A DNA stretch of 59,472 bases from Eubacteriales bacterium (GTDB lineage: Bacteria > Bacillota > Clostridia > Oscillospirales > CAG-272), in assembly GCA_045594745.1 (NCBI GenBank), contig JAZNZC010000001.1, forward strand, positions 1-59,472, given 5' to 3'. Shown piece after piece: positions 17,639 to 26,652 of this stretch (within the stretch, counting starts at the first letter, position 1; every line of letters begins with the position of its first letter). Position numbers and translations under genes: made by a program. The notes beneath the pieces are model-generated. The model saw only the letters and a list, made by a program, of their open reading frames with translations. It was not told the DNA's origin and searched no databases.

Positions 17639-18670
17639 TCAGAGCAGATCGCACTCTTGCGCCATAGCCGTAACGGTCAGGCGCACGTTTGCGTTTGCAC
17701 GCAAGCGATCTGTTGCTTCACTCACACTGTCACACAGAGAGAGAAGCGTAGGGGTGGTAAAAGTATATGCCAACGTCGATGCCTCCTCACGGTCGGAGAA
17801 AAAGCAAAGCGGTGCATTTTCTGTTTGTTTGGAGAGTAAAAGATCGCGCAAGCAGAGAAGAATGGTGCTCAGTTGCTCGATCAATTCGTCGCGGCGTGCG
17901 CCCAGACTGTTCAGGACGCGCATCGTTTCCCCCGTGTTTTTGGGGGATGCACATAAGCGAACAAAGGTGCGAGCGATCTCACGGCGCTCGGAGAGAGGCT
18001 TGTAGAGCTTGGGATCAAGCAATTCAAGGGCTCGTCCAATACTGCCGTCGGCGGCAACTGCGATCTCCTCAAGCGCGGCTCTGTCATCCTCCCACATCCG
18101 TTTCGCTTCGGGCACTTTTTTACAGATGTGTTGCAAAATCAGCTCTTTTTCGATGGGTTCAAGGCGCAAAACGGGCGCGCGACTGCGAACGGTCTCCAAA
18201 AGGAGAGATGGATTTTCGCACAGCAGAAGGAACAGCACGTAGGCGGGGGGCTCTTCAAGCGTGAGTAGAAAAGCATTTTGCGCCTGCGGTGTCATCAGGT
18301 GCGCTTCCTCGATGATATAAATCTTTACCGAAAGATCGTTTGGCGGAATGTAAACATCCTGCCGCAGCTCGCGAATGGGATCAACGCCAAGCGTTGCTTT
18401 GTCACCGCGGTTGACATAGATCACATCGGGGGAATTTCCCTCGAGGATTTTGCGGCAAGCGGAGCAGGTAAGGCAGGGCAGGGGAAGGGATGCATCCCCT
18501 CCTCTCTCGCAGGCAAGAGCTGCCGCAAGATTGAGGGCTAAGGTGTGCTTTCCAATTCCGCGTTCGCCTGAAAGAATATAGGCGTGCGAAAGCTTGCCCG
18601 CCAAAAGCTCATCGCCAAGGCGAGAGCGAAGGCGCTCATTTGCAACTACGTCTGTCAGTATTGGGCGCAT
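17639..18670 (-). CDS. holB: DNA polymerase III delta' subunit
   Basis: HAYILSGERGIGK, zinc Cys cluster, AQNAFLLTLEEPP, TVRSR; upstream of ricT. Confidence 0.88.
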   Translation of the reverse strand: MRPILTDVVANERLRSRLGDELLAGKLSHAYILSGERGIGKHTLALNLAAALACERGGDASLPLPCLTCSACRKILEGNSPDVIYVNRGDKATLGVDPIRELRQDVYIPPNDLSVKIYIIEEAHLMTPQAQNAFLLTLEEPPAYVLFLLLCENPSLLLETVRSRAPVLRLEPIEKELILQHICKKVPEAKRMWEDDRAALEEIAVAADGSIGRALELLDPKLYKPLSERREIARTFVRLCASPKNTGETMRVLNSLGARRDELIEQLSTILLCLRDLLLSKQTENAPLCFFSDREEASTLAYTFTTPTLLSLCDSVSEATDRLRANANVRLTVTAMAQECDLL

Positions 18671-18717
18671 ACGCACACCTCCTTTCAGTCACAATGTGAC
18701 ATATCACTCCAACATAA

Positions 18718-18746
18718 ATTATAGCAGTTTTTTTCGTCTTTGTCAA
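18718..18746 (-). promoter_or_regulatory. Sigma-A promoter of holB-ricT
   Basis: TTGACA-17-TATAAT on the minus strand. Confidence 0.75.
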
Positions 18747-18808
18747 GACGAGAGCACTTGGTAAAGTCAATTTTTTTATGCTTTTTTCTAAAAATACCGA
18801 CAGAGACA

Positions 18809-18837
18809 TTGACACGGGGAAAGAAATAGGTTATAAT
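18809..18837 (+). promoter_or_regulatory. Sigma-A promoter
   Basis: TTGACA-17-TATAAT. Confidence 0.8.
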
Positions 18838-18891
18838 AGTCTATGTATATCGTAAATATACAATAAAGCCACAAAGAAAGGAGATTGCAAA

Positions 18892-19095
18892 ATGAAAGTT
18901 ACAAAGCAATCCATCATCGGCGATATTCTTGATTACGATCGCGAGACCGCGCAATTCTTTTTTGCTATCGGTATGCATTGTCTGGGCTGTCCCGCTTCTC
19001 GCGGTGAGTCCATTGAGGATGCCTGCGCCGTACACGGAACCGACGCCGACGCTCTGGTAGAGGCTATCAACAAGTTCCTCGCCGAAAAGGAATAA
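18892..19095 (+). CDS. DUF1858 domain protein
   Basis: GMHCLGCP...ESIEDACAVHG. Confidence 0.88.
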   Translation: MKVTKQSIIGDILDYDRETAQFFFAIGMHCLGCPASRGESIEDACAVHGTDADALVEAINKFLAEKE

Positions 19096-19174
19096 TTGGC
19101 ACAGGGGTGCCGTACTGTTTGTGCGGCACCCTTTTTTCACAAAAAATGACAAAAAGCCGTCTGAAAGGAAACTT

Positions 19175-19867
19175 ATGCAGATCATACCCACTCCGTCGGA
19201 GCGTCTTTTAAGTGCTGTCCCATATTTGACGAAGGGCGGCGCTGTGATCGACGTTGGAACCGACCACGCATACCTGCCCATCCATCTCGTTGGGCAGAAT
19301 ATTTCTTCGCGCGCGCTCGCGTGCGATATCAACCAAGGACCCATTGAGAGCGCACGGCGCAATATTGCCGCCGCGCATCTTTCCCGAAGAATTGATACTC
19401 TTTGCACCGACGGACTTCACGGTGCCGAGAATTTTGATCCCGACGACATCCTGATCTTTGGAATGGGTGGGGAGCTCATTATCCGAATCCTCTCCGAAGC
19501 GCCGTGGGTGAAAGATCCTAATATTGGTCTGGTCCTGCAACCCATGACGCGCGCGCATCTGTTGCGCCGCTGGCTGCTTGAGAACGGCTTTGACATTGTG
19601 GGTGAGACCATCACGCACGAGGATAGATACTACCAAACCGTTGCCGCACGTTATAGCGGCAAGAGTGAAGAATACACCGAAGAGGAGCTTCTCCTCGGTC
19701 GATTGAATATACAAAACAACGCGCCGAACCTTTGCGGCTTTGTTGAGCACGAGATCGGCGTTTGGGAGGCGATACGGCGCGGCAAGGCACTTTCCGCAAC
19801 AAGGGACACACGCGACGAGGATCGCATCCTGAAATTTTTGAATGATAGATTGGAGACACTGAAATGA
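19175..19867 (+). CDS. trmK: tRNA (adenine22-N1) methyltransferase
   Basis: DVGTDHAYLP, GMGGELI, LVLQPM; adjacent to Nif3-like gene. Confidence 0.9.
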   Translation: MQIIPTPSERLLSAVPYLTKGGAVIDVGTDHAYLPIHLVGQNISSRALACDINQGPIESARRNIAAAHLSRRIDTLCTDGLHGAENFDPDDILIFGMGGELIIRILSEAPWVKDPNIGLVLQPMTRAHLLRRWLLENGFDIVGETITHEDRYYQTVAARYSGKSEEYTEEELLLGRLNIQNNAPNLCGFVEHEIGVWEAIRRGKALSATRDTRDEDRILKFLNDRLETLK

Positions 19868-20631
19868 CAGTAAGAGAACTTTACGCGTTTTTGGAAGAGA
19901 AGATGCCGCGCGCTCTTTCTTGCGATTGGGATAATGACGGCCTGATGGTCTCTGCCGATGACACAAAAGAGGTTCGCCGCGTGCTGGTTGCACTTGATAT
20001 TACCGCCGCGGTGGCAGAGCACGCTATCAAAGAGGGGTACGACCTTGTCGTATCGCATCACCCCCTTATTTTCCATGCCATCAAAGCGGTGTGCCCGGGG
20101 GATGTTACGGTCAATAAGGTTATTCGTCTGCTTACGTCGGGCGTTTCGGCTATGAGCTTTCATACCCGTCTCGATGCGGTGAGCGGCGGCGTGAACGACG
20201 TTCTCGCAAATGCCATCGGACTTTGCGACGTTACGCCCTTTGGCAAAGATGGCGAAGAGATTGGTCGCATCGGCAATCTTCCCAAGCCAATGTCGCTCAA
20301 GGATTTTGCCGCGCTTGTCAAAGAGGCAACGGGTGCAAAATACGTACAAATCAGTGATGGTGGCAAGCCTGTCTCTCGCGTAGCCGTATTGGGCGGCGGC
20401 GGAGCAGGTGAATCAGGTGCGGCAGCAGCCGCAGGCGCGGATACGTATCTGACGGGAGATCTTCGCCACGACCAACTCACCGAAGCCCCTGAGCGAGGTA
20501 TGAACCTCGTTCAAGGCGGACACTTTTATACCGAAAACCTCGTGTGTGAGCGCATTCGCGAAATGCTTCACGAGGCTGATGCAACCATTGCGGTGGATAT
20601 TATTGACAGCTACCCCGCAGAATTTGTTTGA
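19864..20631 (+). CDS. Nif3-like dinuclear metal protein
   Basis: WDNDGL, SHHPLIF, HTRLD, GHFYTE. Confidence 0.9.
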   Translation: MTVRELYAFLEEKMPRALSCDWDNDGLMVSADDTKEVRRVLVALDITAAVAEHAIKEGYDLVVSHHPLIFHAIKAVCPGDVTVNKVIRLLTSGVSAMSFHTRLDAVSGGVNDVLANAIGLCDVTPFGKDGEEIGRIGNLPKPMSLKDFAALVKEATGAKYVQISDGGKPVSRVAVLGGGGAGESGAAAAAGADTYLTGDLRHDQLTEAPERGMNLVQGGHFYTENLVCERIREMLHEADATIAVDIIDSYPAEFV

Positions 20632-20648
20632 TATCAAGGAGAAAAGCG

Positions 20649-21302
20649 ATGACTTACGTAATTTCGGATATTTGCGGCAACTATCAAAAATTCAAGGAGC
20701 TGATGGATAACGTTCTCATCAGCGATAGCGATACGCTCTACATTCTCGGCAACACCGTTGATTTTGGCGACGAGCCGATGGAGCTGATCGAGGACATCAG
20801 TATGCGCGCAAACGTCTACGCAGTAGCAGGCGAGCGCGACTATCTTGCCGCACGTATGCTGTACGGCTTTGATAAGATGCTCAAGGGTGGCACCACGCCC
20901 GATGCAAATTATATTTCCGAGATGACCGCATGGGTCGCCGAGGGCGGACAAACCACTCTCGACGGCTTCCGTGCACTCGATGCCGACTCCCGTGAGGGTG
21001 TGCTCGATTATCTTGCCGAAATGACGCTTTACGAAGAAGCAGACGTGAAGGGCAAAACATACATTCTGATGAGTCGCGGCATTGCAAATTACGACCCGGA
21101 TACCGATCTTGAGGACTACGAGCCCGAGGACTTTTTCGCGCCCGACGCAACCGCTCCAGAGATCGAGGATGCCATTGTTGTAGTTGGCGGAGAGCCCACC
21201 AAGAGCGGCAAGATCGAGCGAGAGGGCAGCGTGATTCGCATCAACTGCGGTGCAAAACTCGCGTGCCTCTGCCTTGAGACCGGCAAGGAGTTCTACGTCT
21301 GA
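20649..21302 (+). CDS. Calcineurin-like metallophosphoesterase homolog with degenerate active site
   Basis: YVISDICG, LYILGNTVDFG, GERD in place of SDxHG, GDxxDRG, GNHE. Confidence 0.7.
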   Translation: MTYVISDICGNYQKFKELMDNVLISDSDTLYILGNTVDFGDEPMELIEDISMRANVYAVAGERDYLAARMLYGFDKMLKGGTTPDANYISEMTAWVAEGGQTTLDGFRALDADSREGVLDYLAEMTLYEEADVKGKTYILMSRGIANYDPDTDLEDYEPEDFFAPDATAPEIEDAIVVVGGEPTKSGKIEREGSVIRINCGAKLACLCLETGKEFYV

Positions 21303-22696
21303 TGCAAAAAAATGATATTTTGCGTGTCCGCATCGAGGAGATCAACAATCTCGGCTTTGGCGTGGCACACGCAGAAGAGAAGAACGGCACGCGCGGCAAG
21401 GTCATTTTTGTGCGCGATGCTGTCACCGATGATGTGCTGGATGCGCGTATCATCAAAGTGAATAAAAGTTATCTCATTGCAAAAATTGAAAGAATGATAG
21501 AGCCCTCTGCGCTTCGCGCAACCGAGGGCGTTTGCACCGCCGCGGGATGCGGAGGGTGCGTTTATCAGCATATCCAGTATGAGCACGAAGCCGCCCTCAA
21601 GCGCGACTACGTCGAAAATGCATTCCGCAAAGCGGGGCTTTCGGATGTGAAAGTGGGCGAGCTTCGCCACACGGGAGAACTGACACGCTACCGCAACAAG
21701 GCGCAGTATCCCGTTGCTAACGGCAAGGCGGGAATGGTCGCGGGCTTTTATGCCACGGGTACACATCGCATCGTGCCTATGTCCGATTGCGCGCTTCAGC
21801 CCGAGGTGTTTGGCAAAATCGTGAACTACATCTGCGCGTTTTGCGACCGTAACGGCATTCGCGCCTACGAAGAAGAAAACGGATGCGGCGAATTGCGCCA
21901 CATTTATCTGCGCACGGGCGCCGAGACGGGCGAGGTGATGGTTTGCCTCGTTGTCAACGGCAAACATCTCAAAAACGAGGATACCCTCGCACGCGAATTG
22001 ACAGAGTATTTCCCCTCTGTCAAGAGTGTGATGCTCAATGTCAACCACGAGAATACCAACGTCGTCCTTGGCGATGACTACCGCTGCATCGGCGGCCACG
22101 ATTATATCGAGGATGTTTTGTGCGGACTGACATTCCGCATCTCCGCGGGAGCATTTTATCAGGTCAATCACAACGCCTGCGAGCTGCTTTACGGCATCGC
22201 GCGCGAGCGCGCAAAACTGACAGGAAAAGAGACCGTCCTCGACCTTTACTGCGGCATTGGCACCATCGGGCTTTCGATGGCAAAGGAGACGGAGAAGGTC
22301 ATCGGTATTGAGATCGTCGAAGAAGCCGTCACACGCGCTGCCGAGAATGCCGCGCGCAACAACATAACAAACGCCTATTTTTATTGCGGTGACGCTTCAA
22401 ACGCCGAAAAGCTGTTGGAGCGAACAGAGGCCGCCCACGGCGATATCTCGGGAGCAACCGTCATTATGGACCCCCCTCGCAAGGGAAGCACGCCCGAGCT
22501 CATCACCTACCTCGCCAAGCGCAACTTCGCGCGCATCGTCTACGTCTCCTGCAACCCCGACACCCTCGCCCGCGATTGCGTGCTGTTCAGAGAATTGGGA
22601 TACGAAATTGGAGAGGTAACGCCTGTGGATATGTTCCCGAGGACAGGACACGTGGAAAGTGTCGTTTGTCTGACGCGGTCAGACAAAGCGACGTGA
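21302..22696 (+). CDS. rlmD: 23S rRNA m5U1939 methyltransferase
   Basis: TRAM domain, CGGC, YRNKAQ, FYQVN, DLYCGIGTIG, DPPRKG, YVSCNP, VDMFPRTGHVE. Confidence 0.95.
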   Translation: MQKNDILRVRIEEINNLGFGVAHAEEKNGTRGKVIFVRDAVTDDVLDARIIKVNKSYLIAKIERMIEPSALRATEGVCTAAGCGGCVYQHIQYEHEAALKRDYVENAFRKAGLSDVKVGELRHTGELTRYRNKAQYPVANGKAGMVAGFYATGTHRIVPMSDCALQPEVFGKIVNYICAFCDRNGIRAYEEENGCGELRHIYLRTGAETGEVMVCLVVNGKHLKNEDTLARELTEYFPSVKSVMLNVNHENTNVVLGDDYRCIGGHDYIEDVLCGLTFRISAGAFYQVNHNACELLYGIARERAKLTGKETVLDLYCGIGTIGLSMAKETEKVIGIEIVEEAVTRAAENAARNNITNAYFYCGDASNAEKLLERTEAAHGDISGATVIMDPPRKGSTPELITYLAKRNFARIVYVSCNPDTLARDCVLFRELGYEIGEVTPVDMFPRTGHVESVVCLTRSDKAT

Positions 22697-22961
22697 TATA
22701 ACGCCTTACGGCGCGTGATATAGAACGCTTCGCGTTCGTGATATGCACCCTTCGGGTGCGTGATATGTCGCTTGCGCGACGTAAGGCGATGGCGTTCCAC
22801 GCTCGGCTTTGCCGAGCATATCACGCCGAGCAACGCGAGGCTATATCACGCTTGGCGCAGCCAAGCATATCACGAAAGCCAACGGCTTTCCATATCACGC
22901 GCGACGAAGTTGCGCTATATCACGACGGCAACGCCGTCTATATCACTCCACCGTAGGTGGA
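22692..22961. repeat. Hairpin array: 4x CGTGATAT then 6x ATATCAC linkers separating 11 sequence-variable stem-loops
   Basis: e.g. gcaccc-ttc-gggtgc, gctcggc-ttt-gccgagc, gcttggc-gca-gccaagc, gaaagcc-aac-ggctttc, tccacc-gta-ggtgga. Confidence 0.9.
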
Positions 22962-22976
22962 CCAAAAGGAGTATTT

Positions 22977-23330
22977 ATGGCAAAAACCTCACACGAACTC
23001 GCGATTGAATTTGCAGTTGAGATTACTGAATTATGCTCAAGAATAAAAGGGCGACCTGAATATACAAAGCAACTTATTCGCAGTGCATCTTCGATTAGTG
23101 CGAATATTGCTGAAGCTAAATATGCCGAGAGTAATGCTGACTTTGTTCATAAGCTCGAAATAGCCCAAAAGGAAGCAAACGAAACCGAAACTTGGCTTAG
23201 TGTTTTGTGTAAGAGCGGTATTATTGATGAGCTCACTTTCAAATCTTTACGAAACAAGTGTGGTAAGATCAGAAGAATGTTGATTGCTTCTATTACGACT
23301 GTTAAATCAAAATCTAACAGACAAAAGTGA
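22977..23330 (+). CDS. Four-helix bundle protein (23S rRNA IVP / Avd-like family)
   Basis: QLIRSASSISANIAEA...DFVHKLEIAQKEANETETWL signature; AAGGAG RBS. Confidence 0.88.
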   Translation: MAKTSHELAIEFAVEITELCSRIKGRPEYTKQLIRSASSISANIAEAKYAESNADFVHKLEIAQKEANETETWLSVLCKSGIIDELTFKSLRNKCGKIRRMLIASITTVKSKSNRQK

Positions 23331-23387
23331 TTTTTGAGCAAAACTCGAAATTCTTATTTACAGCTGTTTGGTATAACATATCGAAAG
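23328..23387 (+). repeat. Repeat B copy 1 (pre-ORF motif, possible extended -10 promoter)
   Basis: ttttgagcaa.actc.aaa...tttaca.ctgtttggtataacatatcgaaag, also at 26118-26176. Confidence 0.7.
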
Positions 23388-23412
23388 TTTTTTCATAAAG
23401 GGGGAACGAAAA

Positions 23413-23679
23413 TTGACAAATAAAGAAATGATTTTAGATAGCTTAATTGACGATGACGAAGCATTTACTCAAATAGTGGAATATTTTGAGTTGGTTGCCG
23501 AAATCAAAATATCTCATCAAGAAGTTGAAAAATTATTAGAAGAAATGTTAGATGAAGGCTATATTTCTATAAATTATAGCTGGAAAAATGAACATGGTGA
23601 ATACCCATATTCGTTGACTGAAAAAGGCAAAAAGGCTTGGGAAGAAATAAAGGAGTTATATATAGTCATCCATTTATAA
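23413..23679 (+). CDS. Cassette cargo: small winged-helix-like protein
   Basis: TTG start after AAGGGGG; LLEEMLDEGYI...YSLTEKGK wing motif. Confidence 0.65.
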   Translation: MTNKEMILDSLIDDDEAFTQIVEYFELVAEIKISHQEVEKLLEEMLDEGYISINYSWKNEHGEYPYSLTEKGKKAWEEIKELYIVIHL

Positions 23680-23680
23680 A

Positions 23681-23815
23681 ATGAGACTTTAAGGTAAGCA
23701 ACCTTTCGGAGAGGGAGCAAAATATACCTTTTGGCTTTACAACCCCCGTTTTTGACACAAAAATATACCTTTTGGTCTTATGACCCATGTTGAGTCCGTC
23801 GTTTGTCTGACGCGG
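23681..23815 (+). repeat. Cassette junction 1 (three boxes plus rlmD tail)
   Basis: Boxes at 23683, 23723, 23764; tail catgttgagtccgtcgtttgtctgacgcgg at 23786. Confidence 0.85.
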
Positions 23816-23826
23816 AAGGAGTAAGT

Positions 23827-24192
23827 ATGGATAATATTTTTACAACAATTCAAAAATTAACCGAATTAAATGACTTTTACTCGGTCTTATCCTTTCTTCG
23901 TGAAAAGGAAAAGGAGGGCGATATTGTTTTATATGCAGGAACATATTGTTTTGAAATGGCTTTAGAACGTTTTGGTAATTACGATGATGCTTCTTTTTAC
24001 ATTTACACTACGCAAGATAAGAGCGGGTATTGTGTTTACATAAATAGAATGGGGTGTGGAATCCGTGAGGATAACAAAATCTTTAAATTTTCTCACCGTT
24101 ATCTATACAATAAAAACCATTTAAGTAACTGTTTCTTTGGAGAAAAGGATTGCCGTTCTGGCGAATATTTTAAGAAAAAGAGTAAAAAGTGA
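23827..24192 (+). CDS. Cassette cargo: hypothetical protein
   Basis: AAGGAG RBS inside the tail repeat; stop inside next arm. Confidence 0.7.
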   Translation: MDNIFTTIQKLTELNDFYSVLSFLREKEKEGDIVLYAGTYCFEMALERFGNYDDASFYIYTTQDKSGYCVYINRMGCGIREDNKIFKFSHRYLYNKNHLSNCFFGEKDCRSGEYFKKKSKK

Positions 24193-24243
24193 GACCTTTT
24201 GCTTTCACAACCCCCATTTTTGACAGGTTTTGAGACCTTTTGC
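24185..24243 (+). repeat. Truncated junction (two boxes, no rlmD tail)
   Basis: gagaccttttg at 24191 and 24232 with caaccccc between. Confidence 0.8.
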
Positions 24244-24284
24244 GAAGCAAAAACTTCACCAATCAACAAAAAGGAGAAAGCAAT

Positions 24285-24743
24285 ATGAGAAAAAAACGCA
24301 CATTTGCCTTTCATAGCAGATTAGATCCACGCAATTTTGGTGTAAGAATGCAAGAAGAAGCGAAACAAGCACGTTTACCAATTGAGCAATCCGAAAATGC
24401 ATTTAATTTGCGTATTGACGGCAATCACGGTGGTCAAGTTTTCTATCAGGCTCGCATATCCGCAGACGAATATGGTGGCTCTCTTATAGAAGGGGAGATA
24501 ATCACCATTCCTTGGAATGAGGGTGAAAATAAAACTAAGTTCGAAAAAGTTATGGAAGTGATTGGTTACGTACTTGGTGGTATTGTTTTGTCACCTATTA
24601 TCATTTTGGTTTTTCTAATTTTGGGATTTGATGAATTGTTTTGTCTTTTTAAAAACAAGGGCAAAAGAGAATTGCCAAGAGAAGAGAAAAAACTTCTTGA
24701 TTTTATGCTCAATAAACTATGTTGTACTCAAATTACGGATTAA
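24285..24743 (+). CDS. Cassette cargo: hypothetical membrane protein
   Basis: AAGGAG RBS; one C-terminal hydrophobic segment. Confidence 0.7.
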   Translation: MRKKRTFAFHSRLDPRNFGVRMQEEAKQARLPIEQSENAFNLRIDGNHGGQVFYQARISADEYGGSLIEGEIITIPWNEGENKTKFEKVMEVIGYVLGGIVLSPIIILVFLILGFDELFCLFKNKGKRELPREEKKLLDFMLNKLCCTQITD

Positions 24744-24751
24744 GTCGCGGT

Positions 24752-24849
24752 AAAAATATACCTTTTGTAGTTTCCACCCCCGTTTTTGGCACAAAAATAT
24801 ACCTTTTGGAGTCTTAACCCACGTCGAGTCCGTCGTGTGTCTCACAAGG
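24752..24849 (+). repeat. Cassette junction 2
   Basis: Boxes at 24757, 24798; tail at 24820. Confidence 0.85.
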
Positions 24850-24857
24850 AGATAATT

Positions 24858-25250
24858 ATGGAGTTTAGCGAAATTTATAAAACAGTTTTTGAAATCAATC
24901 CCAGCTTGAAAGACAAGATTGAAAACGACGCAAAAGACTTTTGCGTCATCAAATTTCATGAATATTTGACGATTGGATTTGATGATGATTATGTTGATAT
25001 CAATCAAGGATTCACGCATGCGCATCTTGATGGAGTGGATAACAAGCTATTTTTTGATATTATTCAAGGAAATATGGTTTTTGTGCAAGACACGCGAAAG
25101 TTTTCAATAAAAATGTTTTCCTTGTTGCAACCCTGGAATTTGAAAATAACGAGCAAACAAAAATTTGAAACTAAAAAAGCTTCACTTATGAAGAAGAAGT
25201 ATTTGCGCATATATACAGCAAATGAAATCATAAAAAGAAGCGAAAAGTGA
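24858..25250 (+). CDS. Cassette cargo: hypothetical protein
   Basis: AAGGAG RBS in tail; stop inside next arm. Confidence 0.7.
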   Translation: MEFSEIYKTVFEINPSLKDKIENDAKDFCVIKFHEYLTIGFDDDYVDINQGFTHAHLDGVDNKLFFDIIQGNMVFVQDTRKFSIKMFSLLQPWNLKITSKQKFETKKASLMKKKYLRIYTANEIIKRSEK

Positions 25251-25341
25251 GATTTTAAGGTATTACACCCCCCATTTTTGACCGATTTTGAGACCTTTTG
25301 GAGTCTTGACCCATGTCGAGAGTGTCGTTTGTCTGACGAGA
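25243..25341 (+). repeat. Cassette junction 3
   Basis: Boxes at 25249, 25290; tail at 25312. Confidence 0.85.
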
Positions 25342-25354
25342 GAGGAGTAATGAT

Positions 25355-25843
25355 ATGGAAAATCTTTTATTTAGTGATGTTCCGCAAAACGATGCCAAGG
25401 TTATGAAAAGTATGAAAGTAACACGAATTGTGTTAATTATTTTTTGTGCCATTGTTTTGCTTTTTGCGGTGCTTGGCTTGATTTTGAAAGACATTGTCAT
25501 CGTGATTGATTCGGTAATTGGAATTGTGCTTTTCTTTTCTCTTTTTATAACTTGCTTGTGTATGGAACAGCAGTATTTGCTTGTTTTTACTGATAAAATC
25601 AAGTATAAAAAGGGGCTCTCAGGAAAAGAAAAGCAGTTGACAATTGCTCCAAGTCAATACAAAATCAAATTGAGAAGGCTAACCACCCGAGGCGGCTATA
25701 CGGTTTGGATGTTGTTCTACAACCAAAAAGGCAAAAGGGTGTTGTCATATAAACTGTGCCAACCCCTCACGGACAAAAGAAAATATGATTTGAGCAAAAT
25801 AGGCTGTGAAATCATTGACCGGCAAAAAGTGATAAAGCAATAA
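25355..25843 (+). CDS. Cassette cargo: two-TM membrane protein with basic soluble domain
   Basis: GAGGAG RBS; two hydrophobic helices. Confidence 0.75.
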   Translation: MENLLFSDVPQNDAKVMKSMKVTRIVLIIFCAIVLLFAVLGLILKDIVIVIDSVIGIVLFFSLFITCLCMEQQYLLVFTDKIKYKKGLSGKEKQLTIAPSQYKIKLRRLTTRGGYTVWMLFYNQKGKRVLSYKLCQPLTDKRKYDLSKIGCEIIDRQKVIKQ

Positions 25844-25872
25844 AATTGACAGAGCGGTTTCAATAAAAAGGC

Positions 25873-25972
25873 AAAAGGTGAGACTTTAAAGTATTACACC
25901 CCCTGTTTTTCGACCATTTTGAGACCTTTTGTACTCTTGATCCACGTCGAGAGTGTCGTTTGTCTGACGAGA
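25873..25972 (+). repeat. Cassette junction 4
   Basis: Boxes at 25880, 25921; tail at 25943. Confidence 0.85.
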
Positions 25973-25985
25973 AAAATTTAACCTT

Positions 25986-26063
25986 GTAGGGACCGGCCTC
26001 CCGGACGGTCCGTTGAAAAGATAAAGGCCGTTGTTGCGGACCGTCGAGGACGCCGGTCCCTAC
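25986..26063. repeat. REPIN-like inverted pair of GTAG REPs
   Basis: gtagggaccggcctcccggacggtccg ... cggaccgtcgaggacgccggtccctac. Confidence 0.8.
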
Positions 26064-26117
26064 CAAAATCGGTGTTCAAAATCAAAAAATGCCCCAATTT
26101 TGCGTTGGGACAAATGA

Positions 26118-26176
26118 TGATTTTGAGCAATACTCAAAAGTACATTTTACATCTGTTTGGTATAACATATCGAAAG
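26118..26176 (+). repeat. Repeat B copy 2
   Basis: Matches 23328-23387; degenerate third copy at about 26767-26800. Confidence 0.7.
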
Positions 26177-26184
26177 GGGATTTC

Positions 26185-26652
26185 ATGAAAAAAAGCAAAT
26201 TAAACATCATTCAAAATGAAAACAAAATTACGGTCAAGAAAAAACCTGATGTTTCAAATTGTGTTATTTTCGCAGGGGTATTTCTTGCAGGAATTTTGCT
26301 TCCCATCATTTTTGGAGAATTAAGAGATGTTCCTTTGTTTTGGGTTGTATATGCGTTTTGCATGTTAGCAAACATTGCACATTTTACATCGACATTCTTT
26401 GGGAAAGTCGTGGTTGACTCGGAAAAACGAGAAATCAACATATATAATCTGTGTAAAGAAACATACCGTTTTGATGAACTGAAAGAGCTGAAAAGTTTCT
26501 TCCAAGAAGGAGACTCGGACGGTGGAATGGACACTCATAAGGTGTTGTTTATCTTTACAAACGGGCATAAAAGCGAAATACAAACAACAAGTAAAGAACA
26601 AACCCAAGAACTCATTGATGTGTTGAACGGGGTCATATTTCCGCAAAAGTGA
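26185..26652 (+). CDS. Cassette cargo: two-TM protein with possible PH-like C-terminal domain
   Basis: AAGGGG RBS; two TM helices; stop inside next arm. Confidence 0.7.
   Translation: MKKSKLNIIQNENKITVKKKPDVSNCVIFAGVFLAGILLPIIFGELRDVPLFWVVYAFCMLANIAHFTSTFFGKVVVDSEKREINIYNLCKETYRFDELKELKSFFQEGDSDGGMDTHKVLFIFTNGHKSEIQTTSKEQTQELIDVLNGVIFPQK

Noticed and set aside
22692-22961. Hairpin array as a CRISPR array
   Set aside because: Constant part is only 7-8 nt, the variable parts are the palindromes, orientation flips midway, and there are no cas genes.
22738-23008. ORFs 22738-22956, 22760-23008 and the N-terminal extension from 22809
   Set aside because: They are read-through of the hairpin array; the real RBS and ATG are at 22966-22979.
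22977-23330. Diversity-generating retroelement (Avd-like gene)
   Set aside because: No reverse transcriptase and no TR/VR pair differing at adenines seen in the window.
23357-23387. Repeat B as a dif/Xer site
   Set aside because: taacata resembles a reversed XerD arm, but no conserved XerC arm lies across a 6-bp spacer in the three copies.
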